From the sequence record SRR31156797_1360: a stretch of 20,000 nt of DNA. One strand, written 5' to 3'. Position 1 is the first letter of the stretch; every line of letters begins with the position of its first letter. Made by a program: the position numbers and the translations under genes. The notes beneath the pieces were generated by a model. That model worked only from the letters and a program-made list of their open reading frames with translations, made no database searches and was not told where the DNA came from. Below, in pieces: positions 1-9,721 of the stretch.

Positions 1-1177
1 TCCAGGCATTTTTTTGTGTTAATTCCAGATTTTGAATTTGTGTTTTTTGTTGTAAGATTTCAAATTCTTTGGCTTTCTTCTCAGATTCATATAAAGCTGT
101 TAGTTCAGCTACTTTTTCTTCCTGAAAAATGCTGGTTATTGAATCTTTAAGTTTGATGTATTTTTTATAGTATAAAATCGAATTTGGAAAATCACGATTA
201 GATTCCAAAAATTCGGAATAGTATAAATAAGTATCCGCAAGATCTTCAATTAAATCATTCTCTTTATTCGCATTTTCTGCCTTTTTAAAGTAATCTTTAG
301 CAAGTTGATTTTGTTTGGTTTTACTATATAAAACAGCTTTAAAGGTAAAAATCTTACCAAGACCCCAAATGTCATTTAATTTTAACCTAAGATTCTCGCA
401 TTGAGAATAATAGTCAAGAGCTTTATCAAACTCTTCCAATCCTTCATAGGCTTGACCAATGTTTAAAAGAATTATGGCTTTATCGCGCACGGTTCCTAAT
501 TCTTCATTTAGTGCCAGAGCTTCATATTGAATGTTTAAGGATTCCTGGAATTTATTTTGACTGTATTTTATGACTCCAATATTGATAAGTGATTGTAGCA
601 ACCTGGATTTATTATCCAATTTCTCAAAAGTATTTTTGGCATGTACATAGAAACTTAAAGCATTCTCTAAATTTCCAAGCATATGATATACTCCGCCAAT
701 ATTAAAATAGGTTGAGGCTAATCCTTTTTGATTATCTAAAGATTCATACAATTTTATAGCCTTGAAATATTGTTTTAAAGCTTGATCATATTTGCAAGTT
801 CTGCGATAAATAATCCCCATATTACCTATAATCTTGCATACATTTAAAGAATCTCCAGTGATGGTAAATTGTTCAATGGCTTTATTGTAATAGTACATTG
901 AGGAATCGAATGTTCCTTTGTGTATGTAGGTGTTTCCTAGGGATTTATATGAGGCTCCAAGTTTTGCCGGAGAATGTAATGAATCAGCAAATGAAATTGC
1001 TTGTTTTCCTACCTTAATACTTGCATCGAAAGAGGAATCACGAAGTTGTATCGCCCGATTTAATAGGTTCTGAAATTTTGTATTGTTTTGTAACTCAGGA
1101 ATTGTATCCGAAAAGTTAAACGCATAGGAATTTAAATTTACAAGTATAGAAAATAGGGTCAGAAAAAATATCTTCAT
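1..1177 (-). CDS. TPR-repeat sensor protein, probably a LytS-type histidine kinase; 5' part only, runs off the left edge of the window
   Basis: Not in the ORF track. I translated both ends by hand. ATG at 1177 gives MKIFFLTLFSILVNLNSYAF (signal-peptide-like), then TPR-like repeats (YKSLGNTYIHKGTFDSSMYYYNKAI, IGNMGIIYRRTCKYDQALKQY, YFNIGGVYHMLGNLENALSFY). The same frame reads KEFEILQQKTQIQNLELTQKNAW at the window edge, nearly identical to the pre-TM segment of the adjacent kinase. The kinase domain itself lies outside the window and is inferred. Confidence 0.85.
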   Translation of the reverse strand, partial: MKIFFLTLFSILVNLNSYAFNFSDTIPELQNNTKFQNLLNRAIQLRDSSFDASIKVGKQAISFADSLHSPAKLGASYKSLGNTYIHKGTFDSSMYYYNKAIEQFTITGDSLNVCKIIGNMGIIYRRTCKYDQALKQYFKAIKLYESLDNQKGLASTYFNIGGVYHMLGNLENALSFYVHAKNTFEKLDNKSRLLQSLINIGVIKYSQNKFQESLNIQYEALALNEELGTVRDKAIILLNIGQAYEGLEEFDKALDYYSQCENLRLKLNDIWGLGKIFTFKAVLYSKTKQNQLAKDYFKKAENANKENDLIEDLADTYLYYSEFLESNRDFPNSILYYKKYIKLKDSITSIFQEEKVAELTALYESEKKAKEFEILQQKTQIQNLELTQKNAW

Positions 1178-1205
1178 AAATTAGATCAGATTGATAACCT
1201 TAGGG

Positions 1206-1213
1206 CAAAACTA
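1206..1213 (-). promoter_or_regulatory. Candidate Bacteroidota sigma70 -7 box (TAGTTTTG)
   Basis: Exact match to TAnnTTTG on the minus strand, 28 nt upstream of the ATG at 1177. No clean TTTG -33 box seen. Confidence 0.5.
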
Positions 1214-1272
1214 ATCTAAATATCTTCTTTAAAGAAACGGTATCGAACAAAAAATGCGAATAGTAAATTAAC

Positions 1273-3183
1273 TTATGATTTAATGCTTTGAGGAATGCTA
1301 AAAGTAACCTGCGTGCCGTGTAAGTTTGAATCGATATGCTTAAGGTCAGTGATTTCAAAATTCATCTTTTTAGATGATTTGAAATTATATATTTTCACAC
1401 GATCTAAAGCTATTGAAGTAGCCAGTGATTTGTGATTTTTTTTAAATGTTTGTTTTTTAGCTTCATCAATACCAATTCCATTATCTGTTATGCAAAACTT
1501 AAGGATTTCCTTATCCGAAGATTGAGATATACTAATGTTTATTAAAGCTTTAGGATTTGTTCTTAATCGACCATGAATTAATGCATTTTCAACAAATGGT
1601 TGAGCCAGCATAGGAGGAACCATAATTAAATTTTGATCTATATTTTGATCTACATCGAATTGGTAAGCAATATCATTTTCGAACCTTAATTTTTGCAAGC
1701 CAATATAGTCTTCCAGAGTATTTAATTCTGTTTTTAAGGAAACAAATTCTTCTCTTGAATTTTCAAGAATACCTCTAACCAAACTGGCTAATCTTGCCAA
1801 ATAACTGTTTGCTTTATCATTTTTATCATCTAAAATAAAACTTTGAATTGCGGTTAAAGAATTGAACAGAAAGTGAGGATTCATTTGTGTTAACAATACC
1901 TTCTGTCGTAAATCCATTATTTTATGATCTGCCCTTAGGCGATTTATTCGTAAGGAAACCAAAACCGCAACTATGCCTAAAATCATAACCACTAGTAGGA
2001 TGATAATCCATGCATTTTTCTGTCCTAATTCTAGATTTTGAATTTGAGTTTTTTGCTGTAACAATTCAAATTCTTTTTCTTTTTGTTCCGAAAGAAATTT
2101 TGCGTTTATTTCATTAAAACGCTGTTCTACCTCTGCATCTTTAATCGAATCATTAAGTTGAATCATTAATGATTGAGTTTTAAATGCCTCTTCATATTTG
2201 TTCTGTTGTTGATAGTTTTCTGTTAGGTATAAAAGAATTTCTGCTTGCCAATGCGACATATTATTAGCTATCGCAATACTTTCTGCTTCCTTGATGTATT
2301 TCTCGGCGCTTTTAAAATTATTTTGACTCGCCAAAATGCGACCAAGTTCTATTTTACAGCTTATATTTCCGTTTAAATCGCCAATTTGAGTTCTGATTTC
2401 TTCTGATTTTTTAACTTCTTGAAAAGCAATATCCAGCTTCCCTTGAGCATGATAAACATATCCAATGTTGAATAGAAGTTTTGATTTGAATAATTCATCA
2501 TTCAATTTACTGTTTTCCTGTAGAGATTTATCATAGTAATCCAGACTCAATTGGTAATTCTTCCTTTTTTCGTTGATTACTCCAAGATTACAATAGGCAT
2601 TAGCAAGTTCCTTTATATTCTTGTGTTTTTTGAAGTTTTTTAAGGCTAAAAGGTAGAACTCTTCTGCCTGTTTTAGTTCTTCTTGTTCGTGATATAGATT
2701 CGCGATATTATTTAAAACACTGCCTCTACCTTTGTCATATTTAGCCTCTTCGTAAATGGTTAAATTTTGAATATAATATTCTAAAGCTTTATCGTACTTT
2801 GCTTGTCTTTTGTAGAGTAAGCCTATATTTCCAAGGACCTTTCCAATATCTACTTTTGAATCTATAGCTTCAAATTGAGAAATCGCTTTATCGTAGTAGA
2901 CAAAAGCAGAGTCGTTGTTGCCAAGGAAATAATAATTGATTCCTTGTGTTTTATATAGTTTAGATAATGTTTGAGGGTTATTTTCTGTTTCGGCTATATC
3001 TACAGCTTGTTGGCAAATAGCAATGCTTTCAACCAAAGAGACATTTCGTAGGTTTAATGAAGAATCTAAAAGGATAGATATTTTCTTAGATACGATATCT
3101 TCACTATTTACACTCGCTATAGAAATTGTGCAGTAATAAAAAGTACTTACTATTATTAAAATGATTGATTTTAAATTAATCAT
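1273..3183 (-). CDS. TPR-repeat, single-TM LytS/YehU-type sensor histidine kinase (His_kinase + HATPase)
   Basis: Signal-like N-terminus, multiple TPRs (GNIGLLYKRQAKYDKALEYY, NNIANLY, CNLGVIN, FNIGYVY), TM segment AWIIILLVVMILGIVAVLVSL, H-box QMNPHFLFNSL, N-box QPFVENALIHG, G1 box ITDNGIG and terminal GTQVTF. Confidence 0.93.
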   Translation of the reverse strand: MINLKSIILIIVSTFYYCTISIASVNSEDIVSKKISILLDSSLNLRNVSLVESIAICQQAVDIAETENNPQTLSKLYKTQGINYYFLGNNDSAFVYYDKAISQFEAIDSKVDIGKVLGNIGLLYKRQAKYDKALEYYIQNLTIYEEAKYDKGRGSVLNNIANLYHEQEELKQAEEFYLLALKNFKKHKNIKELANAYCNLGVINEKRKNYQLSLDYYDKSLQENSKLNDELFKSKLLFNIGYVYHAQGKLDIAFQEVKKSEEIRTQIGDLNGNISCKIELGRILASQNNFKSAEKYIKEAESIAIANNMSHWQAEILLYLTENYQQQNKYEEAFKTQSLMIQLNDSIKDAEVEQRFNEINAKFLSEQKEKEFELLQQKTQIQNLELGQKNAWIIILLVVMILGIVAVLVSLRINRLRADHKIMDLRQKVLLTQMNPHFLFNSLTAIQSFILDDKNDKANSYLARLASLVRGILENSREEFVSLKTELNTLEDYIGLQKLRFENDIAYQFDVDQNIDQNLIMVPPMLAQPFVENALIHGRLRTNPKALINISISQSSDKEILKFCITDNGIGIDEAKKQTFKKNHKSLATSIALDRVKIYNFKSSKKMNFEITDLKHIDSNLHGTQVTFSIPQSIKS

Positions 3184-3293
3184 TCGACTTGGCTGAAGTT
3201 TGATTTATAGTCTTTTGGATCTTTACAGACTGCAAAATATAAAAAAATACTTAATCGATAGCTTTAAAATGATCTATTTGAAACATCTGGTAT

Positions 3294-3323
3294 AAAAAAA
3301 GCCTGATCATTTGATCAGGCTTT
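3294..3323 (-). terminator. Intrinsic terminator downstream of the FadL-like gene
   Basis: Minus strand reads AAAGCCTGATC-AAAT-GATCAGGC-TTTTTTT, a perfect stem followed by a 7-U tract, 20 nt after the stop at 3344. Confidence 0.85.
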
Positions 3324-3343
3324 AATGTTGAGACGATTAGGTC

Positions 3344-4597
3344 TTATAAGTTGTAAGTAATACCAATTCCGGGTAGGAATCCAGTATTTTTATATTTTCC
3401 ACCAAAACCACTATTGGTATCCATTCCATTAACCTCTTCACCTTCAATATAAAGAAGAGAAACATCTAAACTTAGCTTCTCATTTAGCATGTAAGAAGCA
3501 CCTGCAGAAAGACCAATTTTATTAGCTCCTGGTGTTTCTGGAGTGTAGTAGTTTTTATTTGTTGGTGTTTCATCGTAATAGAAACCAGCTCTAAGATCTA
3601 ATTTATCATTAGCCGAATATTGTGCTCCAATACGATAAATCATTGTATTATCCCAGTTTCTAAGGCTTTTAGAATCTAGAACGCCTGCTGGATCATTTTC
3701 AAAATCAAAATCTAAGGATTTGTATTCATCCCATTTAACAAAATTTACATCAGCTGAAACTAACCACTTTTCATTAATTTCATATGCCAGACCAATGTTA
3801 AAGCTTGCAGGCAGAGGAAGAGTCGCAGAAATTCCACCATCAGGGAAAGCGCCTGCAAATGGAGCCAAACTTGAAGGTAGGGTAAAATCTGCGTCACCTT
3901 CAGAATAATCTAAATCAATATCAACTTGAGAACGATAAGATAATCCGATATTTAATTTTTCATTAGGTTGTAAAAAGATTCCTAAATTATAACCATATTT
4001 TATTTTGTCACCTTTTAAATTAACATTTCCATCAGCGATGTAAGAACCATCTGCAGGATTCAAAACAGGAAAATTTCGGTTTAAATCGAATTGTCCATAT
4101 ACAATATTTAATCCAGCACCAACGCTAATCCAATCTGCTAATTTGTAAGAAATGGTAGGTTGAATATAAATGGCTTTTAAGCTAATATCTTGAATTAGAT
4201 ATTTACCAGACCATTCTTTGCCCCAATCTACTTTATTACCAAATGGAGTATAAACTCCTAAACCCAATGCAAGCTTGTCATTTACTTTCATTGATCCGTA
4301 TAAATAGAATGGTGTTCCTGTTGGATTATCTGTTTCTTCAACACCTGCTGCTCCTGTATATTCAGTTTTGATTAGAGTTGCAAAGCCACCAACAGAAAAA
4401 CTATACTTTTGATCTATGGTTGCCAAGGCTCCTGGGTTCCATTGCATACTACTAGCATCGAAGTTTAATGCAGTTCCAACATGTCCCATACCGGTTTGTT
4501 TAACACCTTGGACATTCACAGCATAACCTTCTGCTTTTACATTTACATTGTATGCCATTACAATAACTGCAATCGCTAAACAAATCTTTCTTATCAT
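3344..4597 (-). CDS. FadL/OmpP1/TodX-family outer-membrane transporter for long-chain fatty acids or other hydrophobic compounds
   Basis: Probable true start is the ATG at 4597 (MIRKICLAIAVIVMAYNVNVKA-EGY, a signal peptide), not 4675. Hatch-like N-terminus with GMG and WNPGAL (the NPA-like motif), LGLGVYTPFG, IQPTISYK, LPASFNIG, LRAGFYYDETP, and a C-terminal beta-strand GIGITYNL. Confidence 0.9.
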   Translation of the reverse strand: MIRKICLAIAVIVMAYNVNVKAEGYAVNVQGVKQTGMGHVGTALNFDASSMQWNPGALATIDQKYSFSVGGFATLIKTEYTGAAGVEETDNPTGTPFYLYGSMKVNDKLALGLGVYTPFGNKVDWGKEWSGKYLIQDISLKAIYIQPTISYKLADWISVGAGLNIVYGQFDLNRNFPVLNPADGSYIADGNVNLKGDKIKYGYNLGIFLQPNEKLNIGLSYRSQVDIDLDYSEGDADFTLPSSLAPFAGAFPDGGISATLPLPASFNIGLAYEINEKWLVSADVNFVKWDEYKSLDFDFENDPAGVLDSKSLRNWDNTMIYRIGAQYSANDKLDLRAGFYYDETPTNKNYYTPETPGANKIGLSAGASYMLNEKLSLDVSLLYIEGEEVNGMDTNSGFGGKYKNTGFLPGIGITYNL

Positions 4598-4816
4598 AAG
4601 TTGATGTTTTAAAATTCGGTCTGAATATAATTTATTTTCTTTTGCATACAAGAAGTTTTGAATTGAATTGAACAATGTTGATTGGATAAGTATCAGTAGT
4701 ACAGATGAATGTATGTATTTATATTTATTGATATGAAAAACATTTTCCTTAAAGGGGATTGGATTTTATTAAATTTTAATACTTTTATCTTGAATAAAAC
4801 ATCCTTATTCAATCAT

Positions 4817-5971
4817 ATGAGTGTTAAGTTGAATAAAAAAACGCAAGGAAATTTTGCTTATCAAAGTTTTAAAGAGGGCTATCGTAGTGTAACTCCCTCA
4901 TTGATTAATCGTTCGTTCGAGTGGAAAGATAAGCAAATAAATATTTTATTGGAATCCGCAATGTTGGAATTGGGAGAGTTGAATGCTTATTCAAAGTTTT
5001 TCCCAAATATAAATCAACATGTGCCTTTATTTGTAGCACAAGAGTCTGTAGCTTCCAACTTGATTGAAGGTAGCAAGTGTAATATCTCACAAGCTTTTGT
5101 ACCTGAAACTTCGAGAAGTTTTAAACGGATTTATGAGCAAAAGGAGATTACAAATCATATTGAAGCTATAAATTGGGGAGTAAAGGAGTTACGTAGATTT
5201 CCTCTTTCTATTAGACTAATTAAAGAATCTCATAGATTGTTGTGTTCTGACCTGCCTCAAAAAGAAGATTTTGGAGGTAAAATTCGACCTTTTTATGATT
5301 CCAACGATAGAAAATTTGATTCAGATTTTAAATACACTCCACCTAATAAACATGAGTTAAAAATCTTGATTAACGACGCCAAGAAATTCTGGCGTAATGA
5401 TGATTTAGAATTGCCTTTGTTAATAAAAATGGCAATTTCACTTTATCAGTTTGAAAATATTCTTCCTTTTCTTGATGGTAATGGAAGAACGGCCAGAACA
5501 TTGATTCTTTTTGAAATGTTGGAGTTAAAATTTGTTTACAAACCTGTGTTTTGCTTATCTGTATTTTTTGAAAAGAACAGATTGGAATATTACAACCGAC
5601 TAAATTTAATTCGTTCAAAAAATGATATTGAACAATGGATAAAGTTTTTTTTGACTGGAATTCGAGAATCAGCGATTCACAGTAAAGAGATTTTAGCACA
5701 ATTAAAGAAACTAATAGATACGTACAATACACGGATCGAATCTCAGATGGGTAAGAAAAGACATCAAACGGCTAAATTGTTAATGTTGGAATTTTATAGT
5801 AAACCATTCTTAACAGTGAATGAAGTTAAAGAAAAACTTAACCTTAGTTTTCAATCAGCAAATCAATTGATCAAAGAATTTGAATCGACTGGTTTAATAA
5901 AAGAATTGATTGGTGCCCGTAGAAACAGAATATTTTATTTGTGGGAGTATCTGGGTTTATTTGAATTATAA
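4817..5971 (+). CDS. Fic-family protein (N-terminal inhibitory SxxxEG helix, Fic core, C-terminal winged-helix-like domain) with a degenerate catalytic motif
   Basis: SNLIEG inhibitory motif; core YQFENILPFLDGNGRTAR versus canonical HPFx(D/E)GNGRxxR; EQWIKFFLTG; C-terminal LSFQSANQLIKEFESTGLIKELIGARRNRIF. The start is placed at ATG 4817 (MSVKLNKK) because the extension to 4709 looks like AT-rich intergenic DNA. Confidence 0.88.
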   Translation: MSVKLNKKTQGNFAYQSFKEGYRSVTPSLINRSFEWKDKQINILLESAMLELGELNAYSKFFPNINQHVPLFVAQESVASNLIEGSKCNISQAFVPETSRSFKRIYEQKEITNHIEAINWGVKELRRFPLSIRLIKESHRLLCSDLPQKEDFGGKIRPFYDSNDRKFDSDFKYTPPNKHELKILINDAKKFWRNDDLELPLLIKMAISLYQFENILPFLDGNGRTARTLILFEMLELKFVYKPVFCLSVFFEKNRLEYYNRLNLIRSKNDIEQWIKFFLTGIRESAIHSKEILAQLKKLIDTYNTRIESQMGKKRHQTAKLLMLEFYSKPFLTVNEVKEKLNLSFQSANQLIKEFESTGLIKELIGARRNRIFYLWEYLGLFEL

Positions 5972-5976
5972 GTAAG

Positions 5977-6006
5977 AAAAAAGGTTGATTCAATGAACCA
6001 ACCTTT
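5977..6006 (-). terminator. Intrinsic terminator of sucCD, possibly bidirectional with the convergent Fic gene
   Basis: Minus strand reads AAAGGTTGGTTC-ATT-GAATCAACC-TTTTTT with one G-U pair. It lies between two convergent stops (5971 and 6026). Confidence 0.8.
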
Positions 6007-6025
6007 CTATATGTTTGAGATTATT

Positions 6026-6901
6026 TTAAGCTAAAACTTCTTTCATTTTTTTACCTATATCGGCAGGAGAACTAACTACGTGAATTCCTGCAGCAGCTAA
6101 TGCCTTCATTTTTTCTTCAGCAGTACCTTTTCCGCCAGCAATAATTGCGCCTGCGTGTCCCATACGTTTACCCGGAGGCGCAGTTTGACCTGCAATAAAT
6201 GCAACAACAGGTTTATCAACATTTTTAGCAATGTATTCAGCAGCAGTTTCTTCATCAGAACCGCCAATTTCGCCAATTAAAACAATTGCTTCGGTTTTTG
6301 GATCATCATTCAATAATTTTACCGCATCAATGTGTTTGGTTCCAATAATTGGATCTCCACCAATACCAATTGCAGTAGATTGTCCAAAACCAGCCTCACC
6401 TAATTGGTGAACAGCTTCGTAGGTTAATGTACCCGAACGAGAAACAATACCTATGGTTCCAGGATTGTGAATAAATCCAGGCATGATACCAATTTTAGCT
6501 TCGCCTGGAGTAATAACACCAGGACAGTTCGGACCGACTAAAGTGGTTTCAGGATATTTCTTTAGAAATTCGTGAACTTTTAACATATCAAAAGTTGGAA
6601 TTCCTTCAGTAATACAAATAACCAATTCAACACCAGCTTCGGCAGCTTCCATAATTGCATCAGCAGCAAATGGAGGTGGAACAAAAATAACAGATGCATT
6701 AGCTCCTGTTTTTTCCACAGCACCTTTCATGGTATTGTGAATTGGAATTTTATCCATAAATAGCTGACCGCCTTTACCAGGAGTAACTCCAGCAACTACA
6801 TTCGTTCCATATTCGATCATTTGTTGGGTATGGAAAGCCCCTTCAGAACCAGTGATTCCCTGAACCACTAACTTTGTATTTTTATCGACTAATACGCTCA
6901 T
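6026..6901 (-). CDS. sucD: Succinyl-CoA ligase [ADP-forming] alpha subunit
   Basis: [42 protein letters not shown] and the phospho-His motif KRMGHAGA. Start overlaps the sucC stop (TAATG). Confidence 0.98.
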   Translation of the reverse strand: MSVLVDKNTKLVVQGITGSEGAFHTQQMIEYGTNVVAGVTPGKGGQLFMDKIPIHNTMKGAVEKTGANASVIFVPPPFAADAIMEAAEAGVELVICITEGIPTFDMLKVHEFLKKYPETTLVGPNCPGVITPGEAKIGIMPGFIHNPGTIGIVSRSGTLTYEAVHQLGEAGFGQSTAIGIGGDPIIGTKHIDAVKLLNDDPKTEAIVLIGEIGGSDEETAAEYIAKNVDKPVVAFIAGQTAPPGKRMGHAGAIIAGGKGTAEEKMKALAAAGIHVVSSPADIGKKMKEVLA

Positions 6902-8070
6902 TATGCTTCAATTGTTTTAAGGGTGGCTACTACTTTTTTAGCTGCATCTTCTAATTCTGTTGCAGCAATAATATTCATTCCAGATGCCTCTAAAAGCTTC
7001 TTGCCTTCTTCAGCATTGGTTCCTTGTAAGCGAACCACAATTGGCACTTTTGTATCGATATTTTTGATTGCTTCAATAACTCCTTTTGCAACTCTGTCGC
7101 AACGAACAATACCACCAAAAATGTTGATTAGAACAGCTTTTACGCTACCATCTGATAGAATAATTCTAAAACCTTTCTCAACAGTCTCAGCAGAAGCTCC
7201 TCCTCCAACATCAAGGAAGTTAGCAGGTTCACCACCAGTAAGTTTAATAATATCCATGGTTCCCATTGCTAAACCAGCACCGTTTACCATACATCCTATA
7301 TTACCATCTAGCTTAATGTAATTTAATCCAGATCTACCAGCTTCAATTTCTAGAGGTTCTTCTTCGTCTAAATCGCGAAGAGCAGCAATTTCTTTATGGC
7401 GATACAAGGCATTTTCATCGAAATTTGCTTTTGCATCAAGTGCGATAACATCTCCTTCTTTTGTAACCACCAATGGGTTGATTTCAAAAATAGAAGCATC
7501 AGTTCCCATGTATGCCTTATAAAGTGCCATTAAAAATTTTACACCATTTTTAAAAGCATCACCAGTTAAATCAAGTGCGAAAGCCATTTGTCTGGCTTGA
7601 AAAGCTTGTAAACCAACTGCAGTATCAACAACTACTTTTACAATTTTTTCAGGAGTTTCCTCAGCTACTTTTTCAATTTCCATACCACCTTCGGTAGATA
7701 CCATAAAGGTAACAGCAGAAGTAGCACGATCCATTACAATACCTGCATACAACTCACGGTCGATATTCGATGCCGCTTCAATTAGAACTTTTTTTACTAG
7801 ATTTCCTTCAGGACCAGTTTGATGTGTTATCAGTGTCATTCCTAATATGTCATTTGCATATCTGGATACATCCTGAGCTGTAGGTGCGAATTTAACTCCT
7901 CCACCTTTACCTCTACCACCGGCATGAATTTGGGCTTTAACAACAACGGGCAATCCAATTTCGGTTGCAGCATCTTCAGCTTCCTTTACCGAAAAAGCAA
8001 TTTTGCTTTCCGGAACAGGAACACCAAACGACCGTAAAATTTCTTTTGCTTGATATTCGTGAATCTTCAT
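6901..8070 (-). CDS. sucC: Succinyl-CoA ligase [ADP-forming] beta subunit
   Basis: True start MKIHEYQAK at 8070; [70 protein letters not shown]. Confidence 0.98.
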   Translation of the reverse strand: MKIHEYQAKEILRSFGVPVPESKIAFSVKEAEDAATEIGLPVVVKAQIHAGGRGKGGGVKFAPTAQDVSRYANDILGMTLITHQTGPEGNLVKKVLIEAASNIDRELYAGIVMDRATSAVTFMVSTEGGMEIEKVAEETPEKIVKVVVDTAVGLQAFQARQMAFALDLTGDAFKNGVKFLMALYKAYMGTDASIFEINPLVVTKEGDVIALDAKANFDENALYRHKEIAALRDLDEEEPLEIEAGRSGLNYIKLDGNIGCMVNGAGLAMGTMDIIKLTGGEPANFLDVGGGASAETVEKGFRIILSDGSVKAVLINIFGGIVRCDRVAKGVIEAIKNIDTKVPIVVRLQGTNAEEGKKLLEASGMNIIAATELEDAAKKVVATLKTIEA

Positions 8071-8421
8071 TCTGTATAATTTTTTGTTAGGCTTGGAAAT
8101 GACCTGCAAAAGCTCTGCTAGTATTGTTTTAATTGATTTTGAACAGGTTTAGGCAAGTCGGTTAATAAAATACAATTGTTTAAATTTTTGATGAACCTAA
8201 ATATATAAATATCTGCATGGAATAAAAAGGACATTTATTGGAAATTTAAAGATTTTCGCATCTTTAAATGGCTGATTGTTTTAACTGTTTGATTGCCATG
8301 GCTTATGATGTGTGTTATTCTTTTTCGATATGGATATAGATTCCAATGATACTATCGCATAAAGTTTTCTGCATTTATTTTTTCTAATAAAACACTAACT
8401 TCATGAAAAATTGAAAATAGT

Positions 8422-9576
8422 ATGTATCCTGTAGAATTACGATTAGATTTTTTTGCTCTATTAATATTATTGGGTGTATTCCAAGGCTTTTTTCTCACCT
8501 ATTTTTTCTTGAATAAGGAGAATCGAAAAATCGTTTCCAATCGCCTGTATGGATTGCTTATTGGATCGTTATCGATTATGATTTTGGAGCATTGGTTGAA
8601 TTATACAGGATACATTGCCCAAATTATTTGGATTGATAATTACTCCGAACCATTTAATTTTTTCATAGCACCAATTGCTTTTTTATTCGTGAAAACGAAT
8701 CTCAAACCTCGTTTTGATAAAAAAGATTTGCTTCATTTAATACCATTTGCGATTTACTTTTGCTATTCATTTTTCTATTTTTTGCAGACCGACGAATTTA
8801 AATTCAATTCATTTTTGTGGGTTAACCATCCCGATTGGGAAAGAATTGTGGCAATTGAACGATTTAACTCAGATCCTTTAGGATTAAGATCTATAGTTAA
8901 TGATATGACATTGGTACATTTTGTAATTTACAATTTCATGTCAATGAGATTGGTTGTATTGGAGGTGAAAAAAGAGAAGTTGAAATTTTGGAAGCTAACA
9001 AATACCAGATTAAGGTGGTTACGCAACTTGATTTTCCATTTTATCATGATCATTTTGATTTTTGTTTTTGCTAAAAGCTACTATGGTAGAGATTTGGGTG
9101 ATCATTTAATTGGAGCGTATACTGCATTAATTATATATCTAATAAGCATTCAGGCTTTTAATGAATCTGCTTTTTTTAAGAAATCAGGTGAAATGGTTAA
9201 GGTTTCCAAATACACAAAATCTTCTTTATCAGAAGAACAAAAAGATGAAATATTAATCAACTTACAGAAGGAGATGAGAGAGAATGAATATTTTACCAAC
9301 AACATGGCTTCTCTTCCTGATTTGGCTAAAAGAGTATCTTCAGTTTCGCATCACGTTTCTCAAGTGATCAATGAGCGATTGGGAAAAAGCTTTTTTGAGT
9401 GGTTGGCAGAAAATAGAATTGAGAAGGCTAAGCAGATTCTATCAACACCTAAAACTGCAAAAATAACTATAGAAGAATTGGCTGAACTTGTTGGTTACAA
9501 TTCAAAATCATCATTCAATAAATCCTTTAAAAAGTATACTGGGCAAACTCCAAGTCAATTTCGAGATGCTTCTTAA
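8422..9576 (+). CDS. Membrane-anchored AraC/XylS-family transcriptional regulator
   Basis: About seven hydrophobic N-terminal segments, a linker KYTKSSL, then the AraC HTH region (SLPDLAKRV...HHVSQVINERLGKSFFEW...RIEKAK...IEELAELVGYNSKSSFNKSFKKYTGQTPSQFR). Confidence 0.93.
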   Translation: MYPVELRLDFFALLILLGVFQGFFLTYFFLNKENRKIVSNRLYGLLIGSLSIMILEHWLNYTGYIAQIIWIDNYSEPFNFFIAPIAFLFVKTNLKPRFDKKDLLHLIPFAIYFCYSFFYFLQTDEFKFNSFLWVNHPDWERIVAIERFNSDPLGLRSIVNDMTLVHFVIYNFMSMRLVVLEVKKEKLKFWKLTNTRLRWLRNLIFHFIMIILIFVFAKSYYGRDLGDHLIGAYTALIIYLISIQAFNESAFFKKSGEMVKVSKYTKSSLSEEQKDEILINLQKEMRENEYFTNNMASLPDLAKRVSSVSHHVSQVINERLGKSFFEWLAENRIEKAKQILSTPKTAKITIEELAELVGYNSKSSFNKSFKKYTGQTPSQFRDAS

Positions 9577-9612
9577 GTCTCATGAAATCAGTTATTGATG
9601 GTGTGTTTTAAG

Positions 9613-9634
9613 GTGTTGCCTTATAAGGGAACAC
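9613..9634. promoter_or_regulatory. 22-bp near-perfect palindrome, candidate operator upstream of the acyltransferase gene
   Basis: GTGTTGCCTTA|TAAGGGAACAC: 10 of 11 dyad positions are complementary, with no loop and no U-tract. Confidence 0.45.
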
Positions 9635-9721
9635 AGTCACCCAATAGGGAGATTCTAATTTAACGATGTATCTGACTTTACTTTGTTTTAGAAATCAAAG
9701 TTGAATGAAATTTTTATCGAA

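Noticed and set aside
4598-4816. ORF-track N-terminal extensions of the FadL-like gene (to 4675) and the Fic gene (from 4709)
   Set aside because: The signal peptide begins at 4597 and Fic-like sequence begins after 4817. The extensions would leave almost no room for divergent promoters.
4817-5971. Fic gene as a toxin-antitoxin module or mobile-element marker
   Set aside because: No adjacent antitoxin, integrase, transposase or terminal repeats are present, and the catalytic His is absent.
3720-7321. Short ORFs 3720-3908 (+), 4905-5090 (-), 5370-5732 (-) and 6923-7321 (+)
   Set aside because: All lie antisense within well-supported genes (fadL-like, Fic, sucC) and show no recognisable motifs. 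Treated as shadow ORFs.
8071-8165. ORF-track extension of sucC to 8109, and a weak hairpin (ACCTGCAAAA / TTTTGAACAGGT) in the sucC leader
   Set aside because: The conserved SucC start is MKIHEYQ at 8070. The hairpin is bulged, AT-rich and matches no RNA family I recognise.
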